A DNA stretch of 64,000 nt, from the NCBI GenBank assembly GCA_047150005.1, contig AP038806.1:3680001-3744000 (forward strand), given 5' to 3'. Positions 39,659 to 52,967 of this stretch are shown here, in pieces. This DNA is from Nitrospira sp. (GTDB lineage Bacteria > Nitrospirota > Nitrospiria > Nitrospirales > Nitrospiraceae). Position 1 is the stretch's first letter; the number at the start of each line of letters is the position of its first letter. The notes under the pieces were generated by a model. It was not told the origin of the DNA and made no database searches. It saw nothing but the letters and a program-made list of their open reading frames with translations. Both the position numbers and the translations under genes were made by a program.

Positions 39659-39679
39659 CTCACTGTAAAGAGAGGCCCC

Positions 39680-40090
39680 ATGCCTACCACTACACAGCTG
39701 GTCATCAACGGACAGAGCAGACCGGGAGTCATGGCTCAAGTGGCTTCGGTCCTGGCATCGGCCGGAGTCAACATCAAGGCGTTTTCCGCCCCTGAAGTGA
39801 CCGGAACCGGCAAGCTCAGATTGCTGGTTGCCGATCTGGAAGGCGCAAGGGCGGCTCTGAGGGCGGCAAAGATCCGATTTTCCGAGGAAACAGCGCTCGT
39901 ATTGAGCCTGGAAAACAAACCGGGCGCCCTCAACGACGTGGCTGATCTCCTGACCCAGGCCCGCATCAACATCAAGTGCGGTTACTGCACGCCGTCCCGA
40001 GAGGGAAAACGCGCCATTGTCGTCCTGACCGTGGCCAATACAGAGAAGGCTCTTTCCGTACTGCGAGATCAATCGCTCGACGAGTTCTAG
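39680..40090 (+). CDS. Tandem ACT-domain protein
   Basis: RPGVMAQVASVLASAGVNI and NKPGALNDVADLLTQARINI. Confidence 0.88.
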   Translation: MPTTTQLVINGQSRPGVMAQVASVLASAGVNIKAFSAPEVTGTGKLRLLVADLEGARAALRAAKIRFSEETALVLSLENKPGALNDVADLLTQARINIKCGYCTPSREGKRAIVVLTVANTEKALSVLRDQSLDEF

Positions 40091-40095
40091 CTAGG

Positions 40096-40776
40096 ATGCC
40101 GGACGGCCTTCCACGCGCCCGCGTCTCTTTTCTCTCAACGGCCCTGTTGCTTGTCTTCATTGGCCTGACCTCCGGTTGTAGCACTCCGGCTCCGAAGCCG
40201 ACCTATTTCCCCGGCTATCCGATCGGCTATCTAGAACGGGGCGTCGCCTCCTGGTACGGACCGGGTTTTCACGGTAATAAGACCGCCAACGGAGAGCGGT
40301 ACGACATGCACCAGATGACCGCCGCCCACCGGACTCTTCCCCTAGGATCGATCGCGGTCGTCCGATCGCTGAATTCAGGCCGTGAAGTGACCGTACGGAT
40401 CAATGATCGAGGACCCTTTGCCAAGGGACGTATTCTCGACCTCTCGCTGGCAGGGGCCCAGGCCCTGGACATGACCGGTAACGGCACAGCTTCTATCGAA
40501 CTTCGGGTCATCGGCTTCCAAGGACGAACGGCCGACATGGGAGCGCTGAGGGTCCAGGTTGGAGCTTTTGCCGACCAGCAGAATGCACTGAATCTGCTCA
40601 ACCGGGCCAGGCGACTCTATGCCACCGGGCGGATCCAGACGGTGGACCTTCCAGAAGGTCGCCGGTACCGGGTTCAGGTGGGTGAATTCCGCTCTGAGGC
40701 GCAGGCCGAGGCTGCCGCTTCCAGACTGGAATCCGACCTTTCTGTTCAGCCCTTTGTATTCCGAGATGACAGCTAG
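40096..40776 (+). CDS. rlpA: Septal ring lytic transglycosylase lipoprotein
   Basis: Lipobox TSGC, GVASWYG, TAAHRTLP, RINDRGPF, SPOR domain. Confidence 0.92.
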   Translation: MPDGLPRARVSFLSTALLLVFIGLTSGCSTPAPKPTYFPGYPIGYLERGVASWYGPGFHGNKTANGERYDMHQMTAAHRTLPLGSIAVVRSLNSGREVTVRINDRGPFAKGRILDLSLAGAQALDMTGNGTASIELRVIGFQGRTADMGALRVQVGAFADQQNALNLLNRARRLYATGRIQTVDLPEGRRYRVQVGEFRSEAQAEAAASRLESDLSVQPFVFRDDS

Positions 40777-41057
40777 GCGAGGAACGGCATCGGCAAATCT
40801 TCTGAAATATTGCGGACGTTTGATACAACCATTTGATTTTGCGAATGGTTTTTTCAATATGCTTGCCCCCCACGGGGGGGTATGATACATCTACCTACCG
40901 ATGAACAGTCTCGGCCTCAGAGCCCCATTCCAGGTCTTGCAACTCCTCCCCGCGCTCCATACTGGCTCGCTCGGCTTGAACGGAAAGGAGCCAATCGTGC
41001 TCCTTCAGCTTTGTCGGACAAGTACGCCGGTCGGTCGTCCTTAGTTTCTGGAACTTC

Positions 41058-44494
<3,437 letters not shown>

Positions 44495-44604
44495 TTAGCT
44501 ACTATGGTATGAAACCCCGTCAAGCTGACTGAGAAGGGTTCGGCAGCCCGGACAAGGAAGTACGGCTGCCGGAGGAAGCGCTTCACGTGGTCGGAGGAGG
44601 ATCC

Positions 44605-45258
44605 ATGAAGGAGGACCAACGAGTGAATACGGTGATCGCAGCATCCGGTGTGAGGGTTATGGTCTTGATCTTCGGAGGGTTCATGCTGAGCGGATGCGTC
44701 CTTTCCGAAAAGTATGAAGCGGAAAAGGCGCGCAGCCTGAACTTTCAGCGCCTGCTGTCGCAGGAAGAGAAGCGGACGGCGGAACTCGACAACGAAGTCA
44801 AGCGCTCCAAGAAGGAGCTCGCGGAATACGAAGCCAGAAACCGTGAATTGACCGCTCAAGTGCAGGCGGTACGGGAACAGATGAGCCGCGTGCAGGAAGA
44901 ATCCGAAGCCATCAAGGAAGCTGCGCTGCTCGAGAGGAAAGCCCGAGCCGACATGAAGCGGACCCCGCCCGCGCCCAAAGTCCACGCGGCCTCGCCGATC
45001 GAGCCCACCCCGGGCATGGGAGACCTTAGCACATCCTCCATGACCGGCTTGCCGGAGGAGACCGCGGCGGCCCAAACGGAGACGGCTGTCGCCGCCACCG
45101 GGCACGGGTCTCCCACCATCCATGTCGTCAAGCCCGGCGAAACTCTGTACCGCATCAGCCGTCGCTACGGAGTCAAGCTCGAAACGCTGCGGAAGTGGAA
45201 CAAGTTGCCGGACGACATCATCGAAGTGGGACAGAAGCTGATCGTGGGCCAAGAGTAA
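44605..45258 (+). CDS. Coiled-coil lipoprotein with C-terminal LysM
   Basis: LSGC lipobox; HVVKPGETLYRISRRYGV...IEVGQKL. Confidence 0.85.
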   Translation: MKEDQRVNTVIAASGVRVMVLIFGGFMLSGCVLSEKYEAEKARSLNFQRLLSQEEKRTAELDNEVKRSKKELAEYEARNRELTAQVQAVREQMSRVQEESEAIKEAALLERKARADMKRTPPAPKVHAASPIEPTPGMGDLSTSSMTGLPEETAAAQTETAVAATGHGSPTIHVVKPGETLYRISRRYGVKLETLRKWNKLPDDIIEVGQKLIVGQE

Positions 45259-45291
45259 TCAGGAGTAACCAGGAGTACCGGGGATCGGATC

Positions 45292-46788
45292 GTGGCCACC
45301 GCCGGCTATTCATTGAATCTCGACGAGTTCCGCCGCTACGCTCATGAGGGAAATCTGATTCCCCTCTATCGCGAAATTCTGGCGGATTACGAAACGCCGG
45401 TCTCCGCGTTCGCCAAGATCGACCACGGTCCCACCGCTTACCTGCTGGAGAGCATCGAAGGCGGGGAGAAGTGGGCGCGGTATTCGTTTCTGGGCAGCGG
45501 CTCACCGGTCGTCATTTACGAAGACCGCGGCGACCTGATGGTCGTGCGGGGCAAGAAAAAGACCCGCATCCCCAGCCGGGGGAATCCGCTCGAGCGGCTG
45601 CGGGAGCACATGAAGGGGTTCCGTCCGGTGACGGTCCCGAATCTGCCGCGCTTCGTCGGTGGGGCCGTCGGCTACCTCAGTTACGACATGGTGCGAACCT
45701 TCGAGGATCTCGCATCCTGGCCGAAGGACCACCTGAACCTGCCCGACTTTGCCTTTCTCATGACCGATACGCTGTTGATCTTCGACAACGTCGCGCAAAA
45801 GATCAAAGTGGTCGCCAACGCCCACGTGACCTCGACGCGTGACCGAGATGTGAGCAGAGCCTATCGCGAGGCCACAGAGCGGATCGAGCGCATGATCACC
45901 AGGCTGCGGCGCCCTCTGCGCCGGGGTCGTCCGCATCGACGCCGCCGTCCGATCACGTTCGCCTCCAATCTGAGCCGCGCAGATTTCGAAAAGATGGTCA
46001 ACCGGACCAAGGAATACATCCGAGCTGGGGATGTGGTGCAAGCCGTGTTGTCCCAGCGGTGGGAGACCAATGTCCAGGCCCCGCCACTGCAGCTCTATCG
46101 CGCTCTGCGCGTCGTCAACCCGTCTCCCTACATGTATTACCTGCGCGTGGCAGGGGTCGAACTCGTCGGCTCGTCTCCGGAAACGCTCGTTCGGTGCGAA
46201 GACGGGGTCATCTCCGTCAGACCGATCGCCGGCACGCGCCGTCGCGGGCATACAGCGGAAGAGGATCAGCAATTGGAGCGGCAGCTTCTCGCCGATGAGA
46301 AAGAACGGGCCGAGCACGTGATGCTCGTGGACCTGGGCCGCAACGATGTCGGGCGCGTCTCCCGGCCCGGCTCCGTTTCCGTCGACTCGCTCATGCACGT
46401 CGAACGCTATTCCCACGTCATGCACATCGTCTCGAACGTGACCGGCCGGCTCGACCCCTCCAAGACGTCCTACGACGTCCTGCGCGCCTGCTTCCCCGCC
46501 GGGACGGTCTCCGGCGCGCCGAAGATCCGCGCGATGGAGATCATCGATGAACTGGAGCCGATCCGCCGGGGCCCCTACGCCGGCGCGGTGGGATATTTCA
46601 GTTTCTCGGGCAACATGGACATGTGCATCAACATCCGAACTGTCGTCATTAAGAAACATCAGGCGTTTGTCCAGGCCGGCGCCGGGATCGTCGCGGATTC
46701 GAACCCCGACCACGAATACGAGGAGACCTGCAACAAGGCAAGAGCCATGATGAACGCCATCGAGCTGGCGGAGCAGGGACTGGAATAG
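45292..46788 (+). CDS. trpE: Anthranilate synthase component I
   Basis: LLES, NPSPYM, PIAGT, EHVMLVDLGRND, PAGTVSGAPK. Confidence 0.96.
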   Translation: MATAGYSLNLDEFRRYAHEGNLIPLYREILADYETPVSAFAKIDHGPTAYLLESIEGGEKWARYSFLGSGSPVVIYEDRGDLMVVRGKKKTRIPSRGNPLERLREHMKGFRPVTVPNLPRFVGGAVGYLSYDMVRTFEDLASWPKDHLNLPDFAFLMTDTLLIFDNVAQKIKVVANAHVTSTRDRDVSRAYREATERIERMITRLRRPLRRGRPHRRRRPITFASNLSRADFEKMVNRTKEYIRAGDVVQAVLSQRWETNVQAPPLQLYRALRVVNPSPYMYYLRVAGVELVGSSPETLVRCEDGVISVRPIAGTRRRGHTAEEDQQLERQLLADEKERAEHVMLVDLGRNDVGRVSRPGSVSVDSLMHVERYSHVMHIVSNVTGRLDPSKTSYDVLRACFPAGTVSGAPKIRAMEIIDELEPIRRGPYAGAVGYFSFSGNMDMCINIRTVVIKKHQAFVQAGAGIVADSNPDHEYEETCNKARAMMNAIELAEQGLE

Positions 46789-46793
46789 GAAGA

Positions 46794-46865
46794 GCCTATG
46801 GCGAATCGCGTATGGCACGAACAAGGGTATTTTGGATCTCGTGCTATTCGCTATACGCTATAGGC
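46794..46865. repeat. 27-bp imperfect inverted repeat built from heptamers
   Basis: GCCTATGGCGAATCGCGTATGGCACGA versus TCGTGCTATTCGCTATACGCTATAGGC. Confidence 0.8.
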
Positions 46866-46878
46866 GCTGTTTCCCATC

Positions 46879-47442
46879 ATGTTGCTGATGATCGACAACT
46901 ACGATTCCTTCACCTATAACCTCGTGCAGTACTTCGGCGAGCTGGGTGAAGACGTCCGGGTCTATCGCAACGACCAGCTCACCATCGGACAGATCGAAGC
47001 ATTGCGTCCGGACCGCATCGTCATCTCGCCGGGCCCCTGCACGCCGAAGGAGGCCGGAATCTCGGTCGAAGCGATCAAACACTTCGCCGGTCGGGTGCCG
47101 CTCCTTGGAGTCTGCCTGGGCCACCAATCGCTTGCGGCCGCCTTCGGCGGCGAGGTGGTCAGGGCCGATCGCCTCATGCACGGCAAGACGTCCATGGTCC
47201 GGCACGATGGAAAGAGGCTCTTCCGCGACCTTCCCAACCCCTTTGAGGCGACGCGCTACCATTCGCTGGTCGTCAAACGGGCCACGTTGCCGGTCTGCTT
47301 CGATGTGTCGGCCGAGACCGCAGCAGGTGAAATCATGGGATTGCGCCACAAGTCGCTGGGTGCGGAAGGGGTGCAGTTCCATCCGGAATCGATTCTGACG
47401 GCGGCCGGCAAAGACTTACTCCGCAATTTCCTGAAACTGTAG
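46879..47442 (+). CDS. trpG: Anthranilate synthase component II
   Basis: [28 protein letters not shown]. Confidence 0.95.
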   Translation: MLLMIDNYDSFTYNLVQYFGELGEDVRVYRNDQLTIGQIEALRPDRIVISPGPCTPKEAGISVEAIKHFAGRVPLLGVCLGHQSLAAAFGGEVVRADRLMHGKTSMVRHDGKRLFRDLPNPFEATRYHSLVVKRATLPVCFDVSAETAAGEIMGLRHKSLGAEGVQFHPESILTAAGKDLLRNFLKL

Positions 47443-47513
47443 CCGCACGGCCTTCAGCCGGAACGGACGGCGCGACGGAATTCGTCGCCGGCGGCTGAAC
47501 GGGATTGCTGTCG

Positions 47514-48542
47514 ATGATGATCAGAGAGGCCATCGGAAAGCTGGCGGATCGGACGTCGCTGACCGAAAAAGAAGCCGAAGAGGTCATGAACGAGGTCATG
47601 GACGGAGCAGCGACTCCGGCCCAGATCGCGGCCTATCTGATGGGGCTTCGCCTCAAGGGGGAGAGCGTCGAGGAGATCGCCGGTTCCGTGAGGGCCATGC
47701 GAGGTCGCGCGGTCCGCATCGCCGTCGGCGATCCGCTCGTGGTCGACACCTGCGGCACGGGAGGCGACGGGCGGCACACCTTCAACGTGTCGACGACGTC
47801 GGCGTTCGTGGTGGCCGGGGCCGGGTTGACCGTGGCCAAGCACGGGAACCGATCGGTGTCCTCCAAATCAGGCAGCGCCGACGTGCTCGCCGCGCTGGGT
47901 GTGAAGATCGACCTGCCCACCGGCCGAGTTGCCGACTGCATCAACGACATCGGTATCGGCTTTCTCTTCGCCCCGCTGTACCACGGAGCGATGAAACATT
48001 GTGCCGTTCCCCGGCAAGAATTGGGCATCCGCACGATGCTGAATGTCTTGGGTCCGCTGACGAATCCTGCCGGAGCCGGCATCCAGGTCATCGGCGTCTA
48101 CGAGCCCCGCCTGACCGAATTGCTCGGCAAGGTCCTCATGCATCTGGGCTCGCAACACTCGTTCGTCGTGCACGGCATGGACGGACTGGACGAGATCACC
48201 TTGACCGACCGCACCCTGATCTCTGAAGCCAGGGGAGGAGTGCTTTCGACCTATGTGCTGAATCCGTCTGAATTCGGGTTGACCAAGGTGTCCCCGAAGG
48301 AACTGGCGGGTGGCAGCCCCGAGGACAACGCGCTCATGACGAAGGAAATCCTGCAGGGACGCAAGGGTCCGAAACGGGACATGGTCTGCCTGAATGCGGC
48401 TCCGGCGTTGGTGGCCGGGCACAAGGCCAAAACCCTTGCAGACGGATTCGCCCTGGCGGCGAAGACCATCGATTCCGGCGCCGCTGCCGAGAAGCTGGCG
48501 CGATTGATCGCCTACACGAATGCTGACCACCGGTCGCCATGA
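47514..48542 (+). CDS. trpD: Anthranilate phosphoribosyltransferase
   Basis: DTCGTGGD, KHGNRSVSSKSGSAD, GPLTNP. Confidence 0.97.
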   Translation: MMIREAIGKLADRTSLTEKEAEEVMNEVMDGAATPAQIAAYLMGLRLKGESVEEIAGSVRAMRGRAVRIAVGDPLVVDTCGTGGDGRHTFNVSTTSAFVVAGAGLTVAKHGNRSVSSKSGSADVLAALGVKIDLPTGRVADCINDIGIGFLFAPLYHGAMKHCAVPRQELGIRTMLNVLGPLTNPAGAGIQVIGVYEPRLTELLGKVLMHLGSQHSFVVHGMDGLDEITLTDRTLISEARGGVLSTYVLNPSEFGLTKVSPKELAGGSPEDNALMTKEILQGRKGPKRDMVCLNAAPALVAGHKAKTLADGFALAAKTIDSGAAAEKLARLIAYTNADHRSP

Positions 48543-49378
48543 TACTCGCGCGCATCCTGGAACATAAGAAAGCGGAACTTCGGCATAAACAAAGCCGCGG
48601 CTACCTCTCGGAATTAAAGGGCAAGATTCGCGATCTCTCCGGAAGTCTGGGGTTCGCGGTCTCGCTCGACGCGACCCGCACCGCCTCCAGCCCGGCTCTG
48701 ATCGCCGAGGTCAAGCGGGCCTCTCCCAGTCTCGGATTGCTGCGTCCCGAGTTCGAGGAACGGTTCGACCCGGTCGCCATCGCGCGGTCCTATGCCGAGC
48801 ATGGCGCTTCCGCGCTCTCCGTTCTGACCGATCGGGATTTCTTTCGCGGCAGCCTCGACGATCTCCAGGCCGTCAAACAAGCGGTCTCCCTGCCGGCGCT
48901 CAACAAGGAATTCATGGTCGAGGAGATCCAATTTTACGAAGCGCGGGCCTATGGCGCGGACGCCGTGCTGTTGATCGTGGCCGCGCTCGAGCGCCGGCAG
49001 CTCGAAGATTTTCACGCTCTGGCTCGCGACCTGTCCCTCGACGTGCTCTTCGAAACCCATCACGAGCGGGAATTGGATCTGGTGCTGGAGCGGATCACGG
49101 ACGCCCGCCTCATCGGCATCAACAACCGCGACCTCAAGACCTTCTCGACGGACCTGGGGGTCACCGTGCGACTGGCCAAGCGTGTGCCGGCCGACAAGCT
49201 GATCGTCAGCGAGAGCGGCATCCACAAACGGGCGGACGTCGAGCGGTTGCTCGAGGCGGGCGTTCATGCGATGCTGGTAGGCGAATCCCTCATCAAAGCG
49301 GAGGCTGTCGAGACCAAGATCGCCGAGCTCCGCGGGACGGCCACGGGTTTCGACGCCGACCGAAAGAAAACACAGTGA
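48539..49378 (+). CDS. trpC: Indole-3-glycerol phosphate synthase
   Basis: IAEVKRASPS, SVLTD, GINNRDL, SESGI. Confidence 0.97.
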   Translation: MILARILEHKKAELRHKQSRGYLSELKGKIRDLSGSLGFAVSLDATRTASSPALIAEVKRASPSLGLLRPEFEERFDPVAIARSYAEHGASALSVLTDRDFFRGSLDDLQAVKQAVSLPALNKEFMVEEIQFYEARAYGADAVLLIVAALERRQLEDFHALARDLSLDVLFETHHERELDLVLERITDARLIGINNRDLKTFSTDLGVTVRLAKRVPADKLIVSESGIHKRADVERLLEAGVHAMLVGESLIKAEAVETKIAELRGTATGFDADRKKTQ

Positions 49379-49493
49379 CCGTCATGCGGAGACCGAACAG
49401 CAGCGGAACCGTCACGATCAGCTTCGACGAGAAGGGGACCGCCTGCCAGTGGGTCTACAAGGACTCCTACATCGAGCGGCGGAGTGCGAAGCC

Positions 49494-50150
49494 ATGTCCC
49501 TGACGCAAGGCGGAACAGTCGGCAAGATCAAGATCTGCGGGATCACGAACGAGGAAGACGCGGCGGCGGCCGTATCGGCCGGAGCCGACGCGTTGGGGTT
49601 CGTGTTCTATCGCAAGAGCCCTCGATGGGTGGAGCCATCCGTGGCGGCCCGCATCATCGCGTCCTTGCCGCCGTTCGTGGCGGCGGTCGGTGTGTTCGTC
49701 AACGAGGAGGTGAAGGTAGTCCGTGATCTCATGGACGGCTGCGGGCTGGCGCTGGCGCAGCTGCATGGGGACGAAACCGCCGCCTATTGCCTCGAACTGG
49801 CGCGACCGGCGGTCAAAGCCCTCCGAATCAAGGACCGCGGCAGCTTTCTCGCGCTGGCGGAATTTCAAGGGCGCGCCGGGATCCGAGGCTTCCTGCTCGA
49901 TGCCTACGCCGACGAGGCCTACGGAGGGACCGGCCGCACCGTGGATCGGTCCCTTGCCGCCGAAGCGGCGAGGACCACCTCCGTGCTGCTGGCCGGCGGA
50001 CTGACGCCCGAGAACGTCGCCGAGGCTATCCAGGCGGTACGGCCCTACGGCGTCGACGTGAGCAGCGGCGTCGAGCTTTCTCCGGGCAAGAAGGATCTTG
50101 AGAAAGTCCGCCGGTTCATCCAATCGGCCAGACAGGCATTCGCAATCTGA
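49494..50150 (+). CDS. trpF: Phosphoribosylanthranilate isomerase
   Basis: [29 protein letters not shown]. Confidence 0.96.
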   Translation: MSLTQGGTVGKIKICGITNEEDAAAAVSAGADALGFVFYRKSPRWVEPSVAARIIASLPPFVAAVGVFVNEEVKVVRDLMDGCGLALAQLHGDETAAYCLELARPAVKALRIKDRGSFLALAEFQGRAGIRGFLLDAYADEAYGGTGRTVDRSLAAEAARTTSVLLAGGLTPENVAEAIQAVRPYGVDVSSGVELSPGKKDLEKVRRFIQSARQAFAI

Positions 50151-50167
50151 ACGGGATCGTCGCCGCC

Positions 50168-51379
50168 ATGACCAGAAAGAACACCTCCACCCCGCTTCCC
50201 GACGCCAGAGGCCGCTTCGGCATCTACGGAGGCCGCTACGTGCCGGAAACGCTGATGCCGGCCCTCCTCGAATTGGAACAGCAATATGCGAAAGCCAAGA
50301 AGGACGCCCGTTTTCAGGCTGAGTTCGCCTATTATCTGAAACAGTACGTCGGCCGGCCCACGCAGCTCTACTATGCGGAACGACTCACGAAACGCCTCGG
50401 CGGCGCAAAGATCTATCTGAAGCGCGAAGACCTGTGCCACACGGGCGCCCATAAGATCAACAATGCCATCGGCCAGGGCCTGCTCGCCAAGCGCATGAAG
50501 AAACCCAGGATCATCGCAGAGACGGGCGCCGGCCAGCACGGCGTCGCGACCGCGACCGTGGCGGCGATGTTCGGCCTGCAATGCGAAATCTACATGGGCA
50601 CCGAAGACATGCAGCGCCAGGCCTTGAACGTGTTCCGCATGCGGCTGCTGGGTTCGACGGTGACGGCCGTCGATGCCGGAAGCCGCACGTTGAAGGACGC
50701 CATCAGCGAAGCGATGCGCGATTGGACGACCAACATTGACACGACGCATTACGTGCTCGGCTCCGCGCTCGGCGCCCATCCCTATCCCATGATGGTCCGC
50801 GATTTCCAATCGATCATCGGCAAGGAAGCCCGCAAGCAAATCTTGGCCGCCGAAGGACAGTTGCCGGACTGTCTGATCGCCTGCGTCGGAGGCGGCAGCA
50901 ACTCGATCGGTCTCTTTCATGCGTTCCTTGGCGATAAGAAGGTGAAGATGATCGGCGTGGAGGCGGCGGGGCTCGGCATCCCGAGCGGCAAGCATGCCGC
51001 GCGGTTCGCCGGGGGCCGGCTGGGAGTCCTTCAAGGCACCATGACCTATCTGCTGCAGGACGACGATGGACAGATCAACCTGACCCATTCGGTCTCGGCC
51101 GGCCTCGACTACGCGGCTGTCGGGCCGGAACACAGCTACCTCAGAGAAACCGGCCGAGCTTCATACACGTCGGCCACCGACGAAGAAGCCCTGGCGGCGT
51201 TCGACCTGCTGGCCAGGGAGGAGGGCATCGTCCCGGCCCTCGAAAGCGCCCATGCGATCGCCCACACCGCCAAGCTCGCCCCCACGATGAAACGGAATCA
51301 AATCCTCCTCGTCAATCTGTCCGGCCGGGGAGACAAAGACGTGCAGCAAGTCGCCCGCATGCGGGGGATCGCGCTATGA
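50168..51379 (+). CDS. trpB: Tryptophan synthase beta chain
   Basis: [26 protein letters not shown]. Confidence 0.98.
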   Translation: MTRKNTSTPLPDARGRFGIYGGRYVPETLMPALLELEQQYAKAKKDARFQAEFAYYLKQYVGRPTQLYYAERLTKRLGGAKIYLKREDLCHTGAHKINNAIGQGLLAKRMKKPRIIAETGAGQHGVATATVAAMFGLQCEIYMGTEDMQRQALNVFRMRLLGSTVTAVDAGSRTLKDAISEAMRDWTTNIDTTHYVLGSALGAHPYPMMVRDFQSIIGKEARKQILAAEGQLPDCLIACVGGGSNSIGLFHAFLGDKKVKMIGVEAAGLGIPSGKHAARFAGGRLGVLQGTMTYLLQDDDGQINLTHSVSAGLDYAAVGPEHSYLRETGRASYTSATDEEALAAFDLLAREEGIVPALESAHAIAHTAKLAPTMKRNQILLVNLSGRGDKDVQQVARMRGIAL

Positions 51380-52194
51380 CTTCCCGGCTGGACCAGACGT
51401 TTTCACGGCTACGAGACCGGAGAGAAGCGGCCCTGATCACTTATGTAATGGCCGGTGATCCCAGTCTGCAAGACACCGAACAGCTGGTGCCGAAGCTCGA
51501 AGAGGCCGGCGCAGACGTGATCGAGCTGGGCGTGCCGTTTTCGGATCCCATCGCGGACGGGCCGGTGATTCAACAGGCAGCGGAACGGGCGCTCCGGAGC
51601 GGAACGTCGCTTCGCGCAATCCTCCCGATGGTGTCCCGACTGAGACAGAAAACGCAGATCCCCATCGTGCTGATGGCCTATTACAACAGCGTCCATGCGT
51701 TCGGCACGGAGCGGTTTTGCCGGGAGGCGGTCGCCGCTGGAATAGACGGACTCATCGTGCCGGACATGCCTCCGGACGAATCGGGACCGCTCAAGGAGCC
51801 GGCCGCCGCCTCAGGCCTCCAGCTGATTTTTCTCCTTGCGCCCACCAGCACGGATCAGCGGCGCGCCTACGTGGCCAGACAGTCCAAGGGGTTCGTCTAC
51901 TACGTGTCGCTCACCGGGATCACCGGCGCCAAGCTGAGTAATGTGGACGAAGTTGGCCGCAACGTCGGGAAGATCCGCAAAGTCTCTCCGACCCCCGTCG
52001 CCGTCGGGTTTGGGGTCGCCACACCCGAAGACGCCGAAAAGGTCGCGGCAGTCGCAGACGGCGTGATCGTCGGCAGTGCCATCGTCAAGCAGGTCGCGGC
52101 ACACAGACAGGATGCCGGCCTCGTCAAGCACGTGGCTGACTTTGTCCATTCCCTGAAGACCGCCATGACCTCGCGCCAGGCGTCCCGGCGCTAA
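51376..52194 (+). CDS. trpA: Tryptophan synthase alpha chain
   Basis: [29 protein letters not shown]. Confidence 0.98.
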   Translation: MTSRLDQTFSRLRDRREAALITYVMAGDPSLQDTEQLVPKLEEAGADVIELGVPFSDPIADGPVIQQAAERALRSGTSLRAILPMVSRLRQKTQIPIVLMAYYNSVHAFGTERFCREAVAAGIDGLIVPDMPPDESGPLKEPAAASGLQLIFLLAPTSTDQRRAYVARQSKGFVYYVSLTGITGAKLSNVDEVGRNVGKIRKVSPTPVAVGFGVATPEDAEKVAAVADGVIVGSAIVKQVAAHRQDAGLVKHVADFVHSLKTAMTSRQASRR

Positions 52195-52323
52195 ACGCCT
52201 CCGTCTCGCCTTCATCTATTATAGGAATTGGAACACCGACCAGGCGGGAGAGCGGCTAACTATGGATTGGATGTTTATACGAGGAAGAACGAATGCTACG
52301 GAGCCTGAAGGAAAGGGAGCTTC

Positions 52324-52932
52324 TTACCGTTTGGGAGTAGGCGGCATGTACTTGATCATCTCGTCGGCCAAATCCTTGGCCACGTCCTTCAGGTTCGGGC
52401 GGTAGAACATATAGCTGCTGGACCGTTCGTGCCGGGCTTTCCACACCGTGGTGCCGGTCGTGGCATCCACCAGCCGGAGGCTCAATCCGACCCGGCCGAC
52501 GTTGTCGCCTTCCTTGCGGACATACTCCCAGGAATTGACCCGCACGACGAGAAATGAATCCACGCTGAGCGCCTTGCCCAGCTTGATCGCTGATTCCTTG
52601 TCCGATTGTCCCGTCATTTCAAGCCGAGAAAAATAGAATACCAGCGAATCGAAGGCCTCCTTCGATCCCTGGAAGATGTCCGTCACGCTTTCCGGGCTCA
52701 CGACGCGCTCGACGTTGGCCACCTTCGTGAGAGAACCGGAGAGTACGTCCTGAATATCTTCCCGCGCGCTGTCGTACTGACTCGCCATCGGCGGCAGTAC
52801 CGCGATCGCCTGGGGTCGGAACACCTTGGCGCCGGGCCCTTCCCATACTTCCTGAAGCCCTCCGCACCCGGTGAACGACAGAAGGACGATCGCGAGTGCG
52901 GAGCGCAAAAATCTCTGTGGGATCCTCAACAT
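52324..52932 (-). CDS. Lipoprotein with LpoB/CsgG-like fold
   Basis: SFTGC lipobox, IAVLP, KLGKALSVD, LRLVDATTGTTVW. Confidence 0.7.
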   Translation of the reverse strand: MLRIPQRFLRSALAIVLLSFTGCGGLQEVWEGPGAKVFRPQAIAVLPPMASQYDSAREDIQDVLSGSLTKVANVERVVSPESVTDIFQGSKEAFDSLVFYFSRLEMTGQSDKESAIKLGKALSVDSFLVVRVNSWEYVRKEGDNVGRVGLSLRLVDATTGTTVWKARHERSSSYMFYRPNLKDVAKDLADEMIKYMPPTPKR

Positions 52933-52967
52933 GGGTTTCAGTATACCATTAGAGAAAGACGAGGGTC

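Noticed and set aside
45259..45291. trp attenuator leader peptide
   Set aside because: Only 33 bp separate the LysM gene from trpE; no Trp-rich ORF or terminator
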